Shown here one piece after another: positions 28,473 to 38,216 of a stretch of 64,000 nucleotides of DNA. Location of the stretch: the NCBI GenBank assembly GCA_049671305.1, contig JBATUR010000034.1:27195-91194 (forward strand), given 5' to 3'. Position numbers and translations under genes: made by a program. Source of the stretch: Coleofasciculaceae cyanobacterium (GTDB lineage Bacteria; Cyanobacteriota; Cyanobacteriia; Cyanobacteriales; Coleofasciculaceae). Under the pieces are notes generated by a model that saw only the letters and a list, made by a program, of their open reading frames with translations, had not been told where the DNA came from and searched no databases. Positions within the stretch are counted from its first letter, which is position 1. Every line of letters starts with the position of its first letter.

Positions 28473-29102
28473 ATGGGAACTCAGTTAATCTCATTTCGCC
28501 TCAAAGACGAAGAAATCGCCTTGCTTATGCAGCAGGCAGACCCCGAAGAAAACCCTAGCATGAGGGCACAAAGGCTGTTGCGGCACATATTGGGAACCCA
28601 AGGAATACCACCAGACGGTCTTTCGACTCTGTTAAACCAAGTTAGCGAGTTAAAAGAGCAAGTAGAATCAATTAAAGGCTTTGTGGACGAAACCATCGAC
28701 CAACGCCTAGAAGCCTTAGACAGAGTGGTTAACAAAGCCGTTGACCAACATCTCCAAGGAGAACACCAAGAAGTGCAAACCCGCTTTGAAGATTGGGAAC
28801 AGCGCCTTGACCGATATTTCCAAGTTCAGCGCCAGTCAATACCTCTGTTTAACCAACAAGTCACAACCCTAAAACAGGAACGAAAGCGACCTGGAAAGCC
28901 TTTAAACCAGTCTGAATTAGCCAAACGTTTAATCAACCCAGAAACCGGAAGCCCCTATACTCCCGGCTCAATTAGCCGCCAGAAACTCAAACAAGACTTT
29001 CCTCAGTGGTCCCAGGCGCGTGATCCTCTAGGAGTTGGTTGGGAGTTTGAACTTAATGATGGCTTATTTTATCCAGTTACTTATGTAAATGCCAAAGCTT
29101 AA
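28473..29102 (+). CDS. Putative DNA-binding protein with an N-terminal ribbon-helix-helix-like motif (ISFRLKDEEIALLMQQA...SMRAQRLLRHIL), a central coiled coil and a C-terminal HTH-like segment
   Basis: It shows the beta-strand plus two-helix pattern of CopG/Arc-type RHH domains, and the C-terminal LNQSELAKRL...PGSISRQK resembles an HTH. Its 3' end overlaps the convergent kinase gene by 26 bp. Confidence 0.4.
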   Translation: MGTQLISFRLKDEEIALLMQQADPEENPSMRAQRLLRHILGTQGIPPDGLSTLLNQVSELKEQVESIKGFVDETIDQRLEALDRVVNKAVDQHLQGEHQEVQTRFEDWEQRLDRYFQVQRQSIPLFNQQVTTLKQERKRPGKPLNQSELAKRLINPETGSPYTPGSISRQKLKQDFPQWSQARDPLGVGWEFELNDGLFYPVTYVNAKA

Positions 29103-30897
29103 TCGTTTTATCTTTACTACCACTAACAATCATCTGTCCATTTTGACTAACTGCAACCGCACAAACAGAGTCTAAATGCCCGGTAAGAGTTGCCATTTGT
29201 TGGTTTGTTTTTAAATTCCAAAGTTTAATAGTTTTGTCCCAACTACCACTAAATAAGACCTCACCACTAGGAGAAAAAGCAACAGCAACCACTGACCAAG
29301 AATGACCAGAGAAGGTATGAATTGCTTTACCAGTTTTGACATTCCATAAAATTACTTTATTATCATCACTTCCAGTTGCTAGAATTTTACTATCTGGACT
29401 AAAGGCAACAGCAGAGACTGCCCAATCATGCCCTCTAAAAATAGAAGAAAGTCCAGAAGACAAATTCCATAACCTAACAGTGCGGTCACAACTAGCACTG
29501 GCGATAAACTGACCACAAGCGCTAAAAGCAACAGCCGTGATTTGTAGATTATGACCTGTTAAAGTAGCTTCTAAAAAACCTGTTTTTAAATTCCAAAGTT
29601 TAATGGTTTTATCCCAACTGCCACTTGCTAAGATTTTGCCATCAGGACTAAATGAGAGGGATTTAATACAACTAGAATGTCCTTGAAAAGTAGAGATTTC
29701 TTGGCATTCTTTTATATTCCATAATTTGATTGTGCGATCATCACTACAGCTTGCCAAAATTGTACCATCAGGACTAAAAACTACAGACTTTACAGCTTGA
29801 GAATGTCCAGTTAAAGTTGCAGCTAATGTTTCTGTCTTGATATCCCATAAATAAACGTTTTTATCATCACTTCCACTGGCAATTAAAGTACCATTTGGGC
29901 TAATTGCCACGGAATTAATCGCCGCCTCACCGCTAAGAGTAAATTGGCACTGCCATAATATTGAAAAAGCACTGCTCTGCACTTTTAACTTATTTTGTCG
30001 AGGATTAATTGCTTGCATCACTTGCTCAACAGAAGCAAAGCGTTGAGTTAGATTATATGCCAAGAGTTTGTCTAAAATTACAATTAAGTTATCGCTGATC
30101 TTTTCAGTTAAATAATCTTGCCATACCCAACAATTATTTACAACATCAAATAACTCAAAAGGAGCAATTCCTGTTAATAAGTAGATGCAGGTTACTCCTA
30201 AACTGTAAAGGTCACTCTGCAAAACTGCTTTACCTCTGAGTTGTTCAGGTGCAGCATATTCTGGACTACCAATAAGGGCTACTTTTGGTATATTTTTAGC
30301 TGTCAACAGCTTGGCTGCACCAAAGTCAACTAAGGTAATATCTCCTCTTACTTTTTTTCTAAACTCTCCTTGAAAATGAGAAAGAGGGCGGTAAATAATA
30401 TTTTTTGGCTTAAGATCACGGTGAATAACTTGATGATCGTGGATAAATTTAATTACAGGCAATATATCAGCTAAAAACTGCCAAATCTCAACTTCACTAA
30501 ACGTTCCTTCTTGCTGCACTACTTCTGCTAAATTACTGCCATCAATAAATTCTTGTACAGAATAAAGGCATTGTTTAACTTCAAAATGTGCAAACAAAGT
30601 AGGAATTTGTGGATGCTGCCCTAAATCTTTGAGTAGTAAGATTTCTTGTTGAAATAAAGCCCTGGCTTCTTGAACTTCAACTGTTTGATGCTGCGCCCAA
30701 AATTGCTTTAAAATACATGGTAGTGCAGGTAATTGTTGATCCTCTGCCAAGAAAGTTCTACTAAATCTTGTTTGAGTGATAAGTTCAATTAAGTGATAAC
30801 GCTGTTGTAATAATAAGCCCCAACCACATCCTTGACAAAAATTATCTTGATCCAGGTTTTGTGGCTTGGGGCAGTCAGGATTAAGGCAGTAACTCAC
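29077..30897 (-). CDS. Ser/Thr protein kinase with an N-terminal zinc ribbon (CLNPDCPKP...CQGCG) and a C-terminal 7-bladed WD40 β-propeller
   Basis: The Hanks kinase motifs are HRDLKPKNII, DFGAAK and GSPEYAAPEQ. There are seven WD repeats with SGS.D.T.KLWN signatures. Confidence 0.85.
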   Translation of the reverse strand: MSYCLNPDCPKPQNLDQDNFCQGCGWGLLLQQRYHLIELITQTRFSRTFLAEDQQLPALPCILKQFWAQHQTVEVQEARALFQQEILLLKDLGQHPQIPTLFAHFEVKQCLYSVQEFIDGSNLAEVVQQEGTFSEVEIWQFLADILPVIKFIHDHQVIHRDLKPKNIIYRPLSHFQGEFRKKVRGDITLVDFGAAKLLTAKNIPKVALIGSPEYAAPEQLRGKAVLQSDLYSLGVTCIYLLTGIAPFELFDVVNNCWVWQDYLTEKISDNLIVILDKLLAYNLTQRFASVEQVMQAINPRQNKLKVQSSAFSILWQCQFTLSGEAAINSVAISPNGTLIASGSDDKNVYLWDIKTETLAATLTGHSQAVKSVVFSPDGTILASCSDDRTIKLWNIKECQEISTFQGHSSCIKSLSFSPDGKILASGSWDKTIKLWNLKTGFLEATLTGHNLQITAVAFSACGQFIASASCDRTVRLWNLSSGLSSIFRGHDWAVSAVAFSPDSKILATGSDDNKVILWNVKTGKAIHTFSGHSWSVVAVAFSPSGEVLFSGSWDKTIKLWNLKTNQQMATLTGHLDSVCAVAVSQNGQMIVSGSKDKTIKLWHLHK

Positions 30898-30901
30898 AAG
30901 A

Positions 30902-33100
30902 TTAACTTAGGTTAAAATCAAGCCCATCCTCTCCAAAATCTAACTCATCAAATTCCGGAAATTCAGAATCATTGTCTTGAGTTGGTAGCGGTAATTGAGA
31001 ATTTGAACCTAATTCAGAAAGTTGTGTTGCTGATGGTTTGGGGTTAATTTCCGATACAGTAGCAGGCGACTTTGAAGGGGGTTTGCTCGTCCCATTACCA
31101 TTGCCATTACCATTTTGATTGTGGATCATCATGCCTAGCAAGCCATCAACTAAACCCGCACCGCTACCGTTACCACTAACAGCGACATCAGGAACAACGC
31201 GCACACTGCGATCGCCGATAATTTGCATTAACTGCAATGCGGTATAACCTTGGCTCCCCAAAGCAACGACACCCGATCTATAGGCTTCAGCTTTGGCATT
31301 TCCCGTTACCCGAATTGACTCTGCTTCACCTGTTGCCTGCTTAACTCGTGCTTGCGACTTCAACTCAGCAATACTTACACCTTGTTCAGCCTTAACCATA
31401 TCCTGCTGAATATTAGCGATCGCGGTTTCTCTGACCAACTGCTGGCGCTGAGTCTGTGCCATTTGCTGTACTTCGTAAGTTTTTTGCTGCTCTTGGGCAA
31501 TTTTACGATCAGTTTGGGTTTGCATGAGTTCGATTGGAGGTAAAATCTCACCAATCAACGTGTCAATTGCCTGGACATCATAAGCCCGAATTGCTGCCCT
31601 GATATAATCCGCCGCCTCTACCTGTCGTTCACTACGAGCGCCCAAGAAATCTAGTACAGTGTAAGCTTGAGCCGAGTTGCGGAAATAATTTCCTACCGTT
31701 GGTTTTAGTACATGATCTACCAAATTTTGCATCGCCCCCACACGAGAAATCACTTTCGGCGCATCTAATGCCCCCACATGGATAATTTGCGACACTTCTA
31801 AATCGAAGGTAAAACCATCATTAGAACACACTGTCAGGGAAGAAAGATTGGCATCATAACTATGTCTTTCCGTTTGCCCAGACCAGTTTAAAACAATATT
31901 AATTGTGGGTACTAGTTCAATTTTTAAAACCCTGGTATTTAGGGGATGTTTGCCCGGATAAAGCGGCGTTACCCACACACCTTTATCGCCAACATTAACT
32001 AAATTACCGTGGGTAAATGCAGCACCGCTAACATCATCTTGTGTCTTACCCACAAAGGAAATTACCACACCTACATAACCAATAGGAATTTCCGTCATTG
32101 GCACTTGTTCAACCCCAACAAACCAAGGATTGAGGTTCCAGGAACCTGACAGCAAAACTTGTTCTTGTAAGCCGCGTCGTCCACCGCCGTTGATGAATTT
32201 TTGGGCATTTTGAAAGTTATCATGTCCGGGGATAGTTGCCCCAGCGATTTCACCTTCTTCAATAGAAATACCATCAAAAGTAGTAACAATTCCCACCTTA
32301 TCTGGAGCAATTTTATACAATCGCAACTGTTCTGGCGTCATGCCATTAGCAGTGGCATTGGCAGCAGTAATCACGGTAAATAGGGCGGTGTTGATGCGGT
32401 AGGTTCCAGTTGTCAACAAACCCATTTGACGACCTTTTTCGCCGCCTGCCTTCAGAAATTTGCGTGCATCTTGGTAATTGTCGCACTCGATAACTTTCCC
32501 CATAATTCGCTGTGGTGGAATGGAAGTGCCATCGGCGGCAATTAGTAGGGCGATTTCCCCTTGAGGTACAACGGTTACAGACTCTTTCCGCACCGCAAAT
32601 TGCCAGGGCCAGTAGCCCCAGTGCCAGCCAGGAGCGAGGGTGTCGGCTTGATACCCCGCCTCGCCTTGCAGGGCAATGAGTCGTCCTGGAGGCAGCCCGC
32701 GTCCTTTCAGGGAGAATTTTTTGACAATGATGCCGACTTCCCGTTCACCGATCACGACAAGTCCGCCAAAAAATAAGGGTATGCTGACAACGACAACGCC
32801 TGCTACCATGATTAAAATTAAGGTGCCTGGATCGAAGAGATCCATTGACCTGTATTGGTTAGCAGGGTTTTTTCTTAACAAGCTTGGTTGGTTCGGAGTG
32901 GTTAAGGTGAGGGGTATGGGTTGTTGGGGTAGTTGGTTTAGCGTCGGTTTGAGTCCAGCACTAACTGAGGCGAAGGTGACGGTGGCAAGGACTGAGGCAG
33001 CAAATTGTTTAAAAATGGGACTTTTAAGGGTATTTGAGGACTGAAGCAATAGTGAAGTGCTGTTGGAAGCCGACTGCACCAAGGAAAAAATGTTTTTCAT
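30902..33100 (-). CDS. Flotillin-family SPFH/band-7 protein (732 aa) with an N-terminal membrane anchor and a C-terminal Asn/Gly-rich acidic tail
   Basis: A TM segment (LILIMVAGVVVVSIPLFFGGLVVIG) is followed by the SPFH core (EREVGIIVKKFSL...), then EA-rich flotillin repeats (TGEAESIRVTGNAKAEAYRSGVVALG...YTALQLMQII), then GNGNGNG. Its stop lies 4 bp upstream of the kinase start. Confidence 0.75.
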   Translation of the reverse strand: MKNIFSLVQSASNSTSLLLQSSNTLKSPIFKQFAASVLATVTFASVSAGLKPTLNQLPQQPIPLTLTTPNQPSLLRKNPANQYRSMDLFDPGTLILIMVAGVVVVSIPLFFGGLVVIGEREVGIIVKKFSLKGRGLPPGRLIALQGEAGYQADTLAPGWHWGYWPWQFAVRKESVTVVPQGEIALLIAADGTSIPPQRIMGKVIECDNYQDARKFLKAGGEKGRQMGLLTTGTYRINTALFTVITAANATANGMTPEQLRLYKIAPDKVGIVTTFDGISIEEGEIAGATIPGHDNFQNAQKFINGGGRRGLQEQVLLSGSWNLNPWFVGVEQVPMTEIPIGYVGVVISFVGKTQDDVSGAAFTHGNLVNVGDKGVWVTPLYPGKHPLNTRVLKIELVPTINIVLNWSGQTERHSYDANLSSLTVCSNDGFTFDLEVSQIIHVGALDAPKVISRVGAMQNLVDHVLKPTVGNYFRNSAQAYTVLDFLGARSERQVEAADYIRAAIRAYDVQAIDTLIGEILPPIELMQTQTDRKIAQEQQKTYEVQQMAQTQRQQLVRETAIANIQQDMVKAEQGVSIAELKSQARVKQATGEAESIRVTGNAKAEAYRSGVVALGSQGYTALQLMQIIGDRSVRVVPDVAVSGNGSGAGLVDGLLGMMIHNQNGNGNGNGTSKPPSKSPATVSEINPKPSATQLSELGSNSQLPLPTQDNDSEFPEFDELDFGEDGLDFNLS

Positions 33101-33526
33101 GGTTCCCTCTCAAGGAGGAGAATTTATTTCCAGCCTAGCCGATTTATCAAGATTTTAGAAAGTTAGAGAGGGCGCAAAAGTAAGCTACATCTGGATTTGA
33201 AGCTTTTTATATATTTTTCTGTAGCAGAGAATAAGTAAATTCCTTATCACAAATGTAGGTGAAATCTAGGAATTGGGGAAAACTAATACTCAGTAATCCT
33301 ACTGTGGGTGATGAGTAGGTAAAGCTCATATATTATAATTTCATTTTTCTCTCTCATTGGCATAATGCTCATGACAACATCTGGTTTTTCTTTTGTCTAC
33401 AAACAGCTTTTTCGTCAAAGATTTTTTGAAGTATCGTCTTTTGAAATGCTTAGTTGAAAATTTTAATGTAAGTATAAGAGGTATTAATTATCAATAAACT
33501 ATTCTAATGATGGCAACTGATATTAC

Positions 33527-36454
33527 ATGAAAGACCCTAAACTACTCCCACAAAAATATGAAATAAAAAAGCTGTCAGCAGAACATAATCTGATTTTTAG
33601 GCTAGATAGAGAGCTATGCTATGTCTATGTAAATTCGCCAATTCCACAAACACTAGATTTTTCAGAATACCTCAAGCAAATAGTTGCTGCTCTATATTTA
33701 TCACAAGATACAATCTCTCTCTGGGAAACGTTAGCAAAAGAAGTATTTAAAACCTGTCAAGAATTACAAGTAGAATTAGAGGTTTGGACAGATCATGGAG
33801 AGAGACATTATCAAGTTGATTTAGTTCCAGAATTCACAACTTATGGCTCTGTAGAGTTCGTATTAGGTATAGTTCGCGACGTAACAAAAAATAAGCAAAC
33901 TGAACTAGCACTACAACAGATGCAGTTAGAACTGCAACAGGCAAAAGAACAACTACGAGCAGTTTTGGATGCAGTACCTGGATTGATTTCGTGGGTTAGT
34001 TCTGAAGGAAAATATATCGGGGTTAATCAAAAGTTAGCTGATAATTTTAATTTACTTCCTGATGCTTTTGTTGAGCAAGAGATTGGTTTTATAAATTGTC
34101 GATGTGAATTTGCCCAATTTATAGAAAAGTTTCTTGCCAGTTCTTGCCAAACCAAGCGTCGAGTTATTGATGTACAAATTAGTGGTACAACCAGAAATTA
34201 TTTAGTTGCTGCTCAAAAATACAATCAAGGTAATGCTGTTGTTTCTGTCGGAATTGATATTACCGAAGGCAAAGTTGCTGAAGAACAATTGCGACAGCGT
34301 GAAGAACAATTACGCCTTGCTTTAGATGCGGCAAACATGGGTTTTTGGGACTGGAATCTTAAGACAGGATTTGTCACCTTATCAAGTACTCACGAAAAAC
34401 TATTTGGCATTAGTTTGGAAGATTATGATGGGACTAATGAAAGCTTTCTAGCAATTATTCATCCCGAAGATCGCCATCGCGTCAGCTACGGTGATTTTAA
34501 AGCAATTGAAGCTGGCAAACCTTGTGATGTGGAATATCGCGTGATTTTGCCTGATGGAGAGATTCGTTGGATCGAAAGCAAAGGTCAAGCTTATTATGAT
34601 GCAACAGGTAAACCCTTGCGGCTAACTGGAATTAATTTAGATATTACAGAGCGAAAAAATAGCCAACTTGCCCTTAATTCCCAGAATAAGTTTCTACAAA
34701 CAGTCATTGATACCAATCCTAATTTAATTTTTGTTAAAGATTTAGGTGGTCGGTATGTCATGATAAATCAAGCTTTTGCCAATTTTTATAATATTACTAT
34801 TGAACAGTTGATCGGCAAAACTGATGCTTGTTTTAATCTCAATTCTGAGGAAGTAGAAAAGTTTGTACTTCAAGACCAAGAAGTAATAGCCACAGCCGAG
34901 CAAAAGTTTATTCCCGAAGAAATTTGTTGTAGTCAAGCCGGAGAAATACACTGGTTTCAAACTATTAAAAGACCACTTTTTGATGTAAATGGTCAAGTTT
35001 ATCAAGTGCTTGGAGTTAGTACTGATATTACTGAACGTAAACAGATAGAAGAGCAACTACGCAAAAGCGAATCTCAACTTCGTCTTGCCCTAAATGCCGC
35101 CCGTATGGGTCACTGGGAAAGAGATATTAAAACTGGTAAAATTAATTTTTCTAATAATCTTGAAAAACTTTATGATTTTGCTCCTAATACTTATGATGGG
35201 ACTTATGAAACTTATCTGGCGAAAATTCATCCAGAAGATCGGGAATTTGTTGATCAAGCCACTCAAAATTCTCTCAATACAGGTGCCGAGCGTGATTTAG
35301 AGTTCCGCGTAGTTTGGCAGGATGGCACTATTCATTGGATCTGTAGCAAAGGACAAGTGATTTATGACGAAGCAGGAGAGGCAGCTTTCTTAAGTGGAAT
35401 TAGTTTAGATATTAGCGATCACAAATTTGCAGAGGCACAATTACAGCAAAGTCAAGAGCAATTACACCGCGCTTTGGAGGCAGCGCGTATGGGTTTTTGG
35501 GAATGGAATATTCAAGCAGAAACTACTAATTGTTCGAGTAATTTAAAACAACTATGTGGTCTTGATGATCATACCTCTGAGGTAAATTATGAGAGCTTTA
35601 TGAACTTAGTTCACCCGGAAGATAGAGATTATCTTCAACAAGTAATTCAAGAATGTTTGATAACTGGCAATGACTATAATGTAGAATTCCGCATTGTGTT
35701 ATCTGACGGTAATATTCGCTGGATGGAAGGTAAAGGTCAGATTTTTTATGACGAAATAGGTAAACCCCTACGAATGACAGGAATGGGTCTAGATATCAGT
35801 GAACGTAAACAGTCAGAGATAGAAATTAAAGAATCCTTACGAGAAAAAGAAGTTTTACTGCAAGAAATCCATCACCGAGTTAAAAATAATTTGCAAGTAA
35901 TCTCTAGTCTTCTCGACTTACAATCACAGCGTCTTACAGATCAAGTCGCCTTAGAAGTTTTTCAGGAAAGTCAGAACCGTATTAAACTAATGTCGCTCGT
36001 CCATGAAACCTTATATAAATACAAAGATTTTGTTAAACTCAACTTTTCTGAGTTTGTAAAAACCTTGACGGATTATTTATTTAGAGCTTATCAAAAAGAA
36101 GCAAGTGAAATTATTTTAGAGCTAAAGCTTGAGCAAGTTAAACTTAAACTCGATAAGGCAATTCCTTGTGGTTTAATTATTAGTGAATTAGTTTCTAACT
36201 CACTGAAATATGCCTTTCCTGATCAAATGCCGGGGAAAATTTCTCTCTTTCTTAACCATGATCAGCATAATTATATCAGCCTAATTATTCAAGATAATGG
36301 CGTAGGTTTTCCTGTAGATTGGGAATCTGGTAAAGGCAAGTCTTTGGGTATGCAATTAGTTAATATTCTCACAAATCAGCTTGAAGGAACCATAGAAATA
36401 AATCATCGAATGGGTAGCGAATTTAAAATCAGATTTTTAGAACTGGACGATTAA
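33527..36454 (+). CDS. Multi-PAS/PAC sensor histidine kinase of the HisKA_2 type
   Basis: There are four to five PAS/PAC blocks (WDWN...IHPEDR... repeated), then [20 protein letters not shown] (HisKA_2 H-box) and a C-terminal HATPase. Confidence 0.85.
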   Translation: MKDPKLLPQKYEIKKLSAEHNLIFRLDRELCYVYVNSPIPQTLDFSEYLKQIVAALYLSQDTISLWETLAKEVFKTCQELQVELEVWTDHGERHYQVDLVPEFTTYGSVEFVLGIVRDVTKNKQTELALQQMQLELQQAKEQLRAVLDAVPGLISWVSSEGKYIGVNQKLADNFNLLPDAFVEQEIGFINCRCEFAQFIEKFLASSCQTKRRVIDVQISGTTRNYLVAAQKYNQGNAVVSVGIDITEGKVAEEQLRQREEQLRLALDAANMGFWDWNLKTGFVTLSSTHEKLFGISLEDYDGTNESFLAIIHPEDRHRVSYGDFKAIEAGKPCDVEYRVILPDGEIRWIESKGQAYYDATGKPLRLTGINLDITERKNSQLALNSQNKFLQTVIDTNPNLIFVKDLGGRYVMINQAFANFYNITIEQLIGKTDACFNLNSEEVEKFVLQDQEVIATAEQKFIPEEICCSQAGEIHWFQTIKRPLFDVNGQVYQVLGVSTDITERKQIEEQLRKSESQLRLALNAARMGHWERDIKTGKINFSNNLEKLYDFAPNTYDGTYETYLAKIHPEDREFVDQATQNSLNTGAERDLEFRVVWQDGTIHWICSKGQVIYDEAGEAAFLSGISLDISDHKFAEAQLQQSQEQLHRALEAARMGFWEWNIQAETTNCSSNLKQLCGLDDHTSEVNYESFMNLVHPEDRDYLQQVIQECLITGNDYNVEFRIVLSDGNIRWMEGKGQIFYDEIGKPLRMTGMGLDISERKQSEIEIKESLREKEVLLQEIHHRVKNNLQVISSLLDLQSQRLTDQVALEVFQESQNRIKLMSLVHETLYKYKDFVKLNFSEFVKTLTDYLFRAYQKEASEIILELKLEQVKLKLDKAIPCGLIISELVSNSLKYAFPDQMPGKISLFLNHDQHNYISLIIQDNGVGFPVDWESGKGKSLGMQLVNILTNQLEGTIEINHRMGSEFKIRFLELDD

Positions 36455-36468
36455 GGAATTAAACTAAA

Positions 36469-38085
36469 ATGCGGAGTGCCAGAATATTAATAGTTGAAGA
36501 TGAAAGCATTGTTGCTTTAAATATTAAAAATAGACTAGAAGCACTTGGCTATATTATAGTAGCAACGACAAGTTCGGGAGAATCTGCTATTCAAATTGCC
36601 CAAGAAAATCATCCAGATTTAGTGTTGATGGATATCAAACTCAGAGGAGTTATTGATGGTATAGAAGCAGCTACCCAAATCTGGAATCGCTTCCAAATTC
36701 CTGTGGTATATCTAACAGCTTATAGCGATGAAGAAACAGTAGAACGTGCCAAAGTTACGGAACCATACGGCTATATTTTAAAACCATTTGAAGCCAGAGA
36801 TTTAGGCACTACTATTGAAATCTCTCTCTATAAACATCAGATGGAACGGCAACTAAGAGAGAGAGAACAGTGGTTAACAACAACACTCAAATGTATTGGC
36901 GATGCTGTAATTACTACAAATTCTCAAGGATTAATTACTTTTATGAATCCAGTTGCCGAAGCACTTACCTGTTGGAAACAGGAAGAAGTTCTTGGTAGTG
37001 ATTTAACTCAAGTTTTTCAAACTATTAACGAAAAAACTAGGAAAGCTGTTGAAAATCCGGCAGCATTGGCACTGCGGCAAGGAGTTACTGTTACTTTAGA
37101 AAACCATACCTTGTTAATTACTAAAAATGGTAAAGAAATTCCTATTGATGATAGTGCCGCACCTATTAAAAACGACACAGGCAAAATTATGGGAGCGGTT
37201 TTAGTCTTTCATGATGTTACTGAACAACAGCAATTAAAAACTTTTCTAGAAAACACTAATCAAGAATTACAAGTAAAAGTTATAGAAAATAATAGACAAT
37301 TAAGAGCGACAAATGAGCAATTGCGGGCAGAAATTGAGCAGCGCCAACACTTAGAAAATGAACTTTTAGTAGCACTTGCCAAAGAACGAGAACTAAATGA
37401 ATTAAAGTCTCGTATTTTAGCAACGATTTCCCATGAATACCGTACACCTTTAACTACAATTCTGTCTTCTACAGACTTACTTGCTCAATATGGATCAAGA
37501 TGGAAAGAAGAGAGAAAACAAAAACACTTCCAGCGCATTCAAGCGGCAGTTCAACACCTAACTAGTTTGGTTAACGATGTCCTCTTTGTCAATCATGCTG
37601 AAATTGGTAGTTTAGAATTTAATCCAGTCGCTTTAAATGTTGAACAAATTACTCGTAATTTAGTAGAAGTTCACTCAAATTCAGCAAGTCAACACACAAT
37701 TATTTTTGAATGTCAAGGTGTCTCGGCTCCTGTGTTTTTAGATAAAGAACTTTTACAATTGATGCTGAGAAACTTACTTTCTAATGCTATTAAATATTCT
37801 CCTGGCGGTAGTATTATTCAAATTGAGTTAGTTTTTCAATCCCACAATCTAGTTTTTCGTATATCTGATCAAGGCATTGGCATTCTACCTAATGAGCGCG
37901 AGCAAATATTCAAGGCGTTTTATAGAGGTAATAATATTGGTATTGTCCCTGGCGTTGGACTAGGATTACTAATAGTTAAAGAATGTGTGGACTTGCACGG
38001 CGGCGAAATTATAGTAGAAAGTGAATTGATGGTTGGAACTCAGTTTATTATTACTCTACCTTTAGTTAATAGAATGCCGTTATAG
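36469..38085 (+). CDS. Response-regulator receiver – PAS – HisKA – HATPase hybrid kinase
   Basis: The REC domain has ILIVEDE...LVLMDIKL, the H-box is ISHEYRTPLTTI and the ATPase motif is GVGLGLLIVKECVDLHGG. It starts 15 bp after the upstream kinase, which suggests an operon. Confidence 0.85.
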   Translation: MRSARILIVEDESIVALNIKNRLEALGYIIVATTSSGESAIQIAQENHPDLVLMDIKLRGVIDGIEAATQIWNRFQIPVVYLTAYSDEETVERAKVTEPYGYILKPFEARDLGTTIEISLYKHQMERQLREREQWLTTTLKCIGDAVITTNSQGLITFMNPVAEALTCWKQEEVLGSDLTQVFQTINEKTRKAVENPAALALRQGVTVTLENHTLLITKNGKEIPIDDSAAPIKNDTGKIMGAVLVFHDVTEQQQLKTFLENTNQELQVKVIENNRQLRATNEQLRAEIEQRQHLENELLVALAKERELNELKSRILATISHEYRTPLTTILSSTDLLAQYGSRWKEERKQKHFQRIQAAVQHLTSLVNDVLFVNHAEIGSLEFNPVALNVEQITRNLVEVHSNSASQHTIIFECQGVSAPVFLDKELLQLMLRNLLSNAIKYSPGGSIIQIELVFQSHNLVFRISDQGIGILPNEREQIFKAFYRGNNIGIVPGVGLGLLIVKECVDLHGGEIIVESELMVGTQFIITLPLVNRMPL

Positions 38086-38138
38086 GCACTATCTATTAAA
38101 GAGATGATTTGAAGAAAGTACTTTAATTAAACATATTT

Positions 38139-38165
38139 GTAGAGACATTAAGGCTAACATCTCTA
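38139..38165. terminator. Hairpin (GTAGAGA – 13-nt loop – TCTCTAC) between convergent genes
   Basis: The inverted repeat is visible in the sequence. There is no clear T-tract, so it may be a bidirectional or weak terminator. Confidence 0.3.
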
Positions 38166-38216
38166 CGATTCTGCCTGCTACAAAACTAGCTATTTGCTCT
38201 TTTAAAGCCATTTCTT

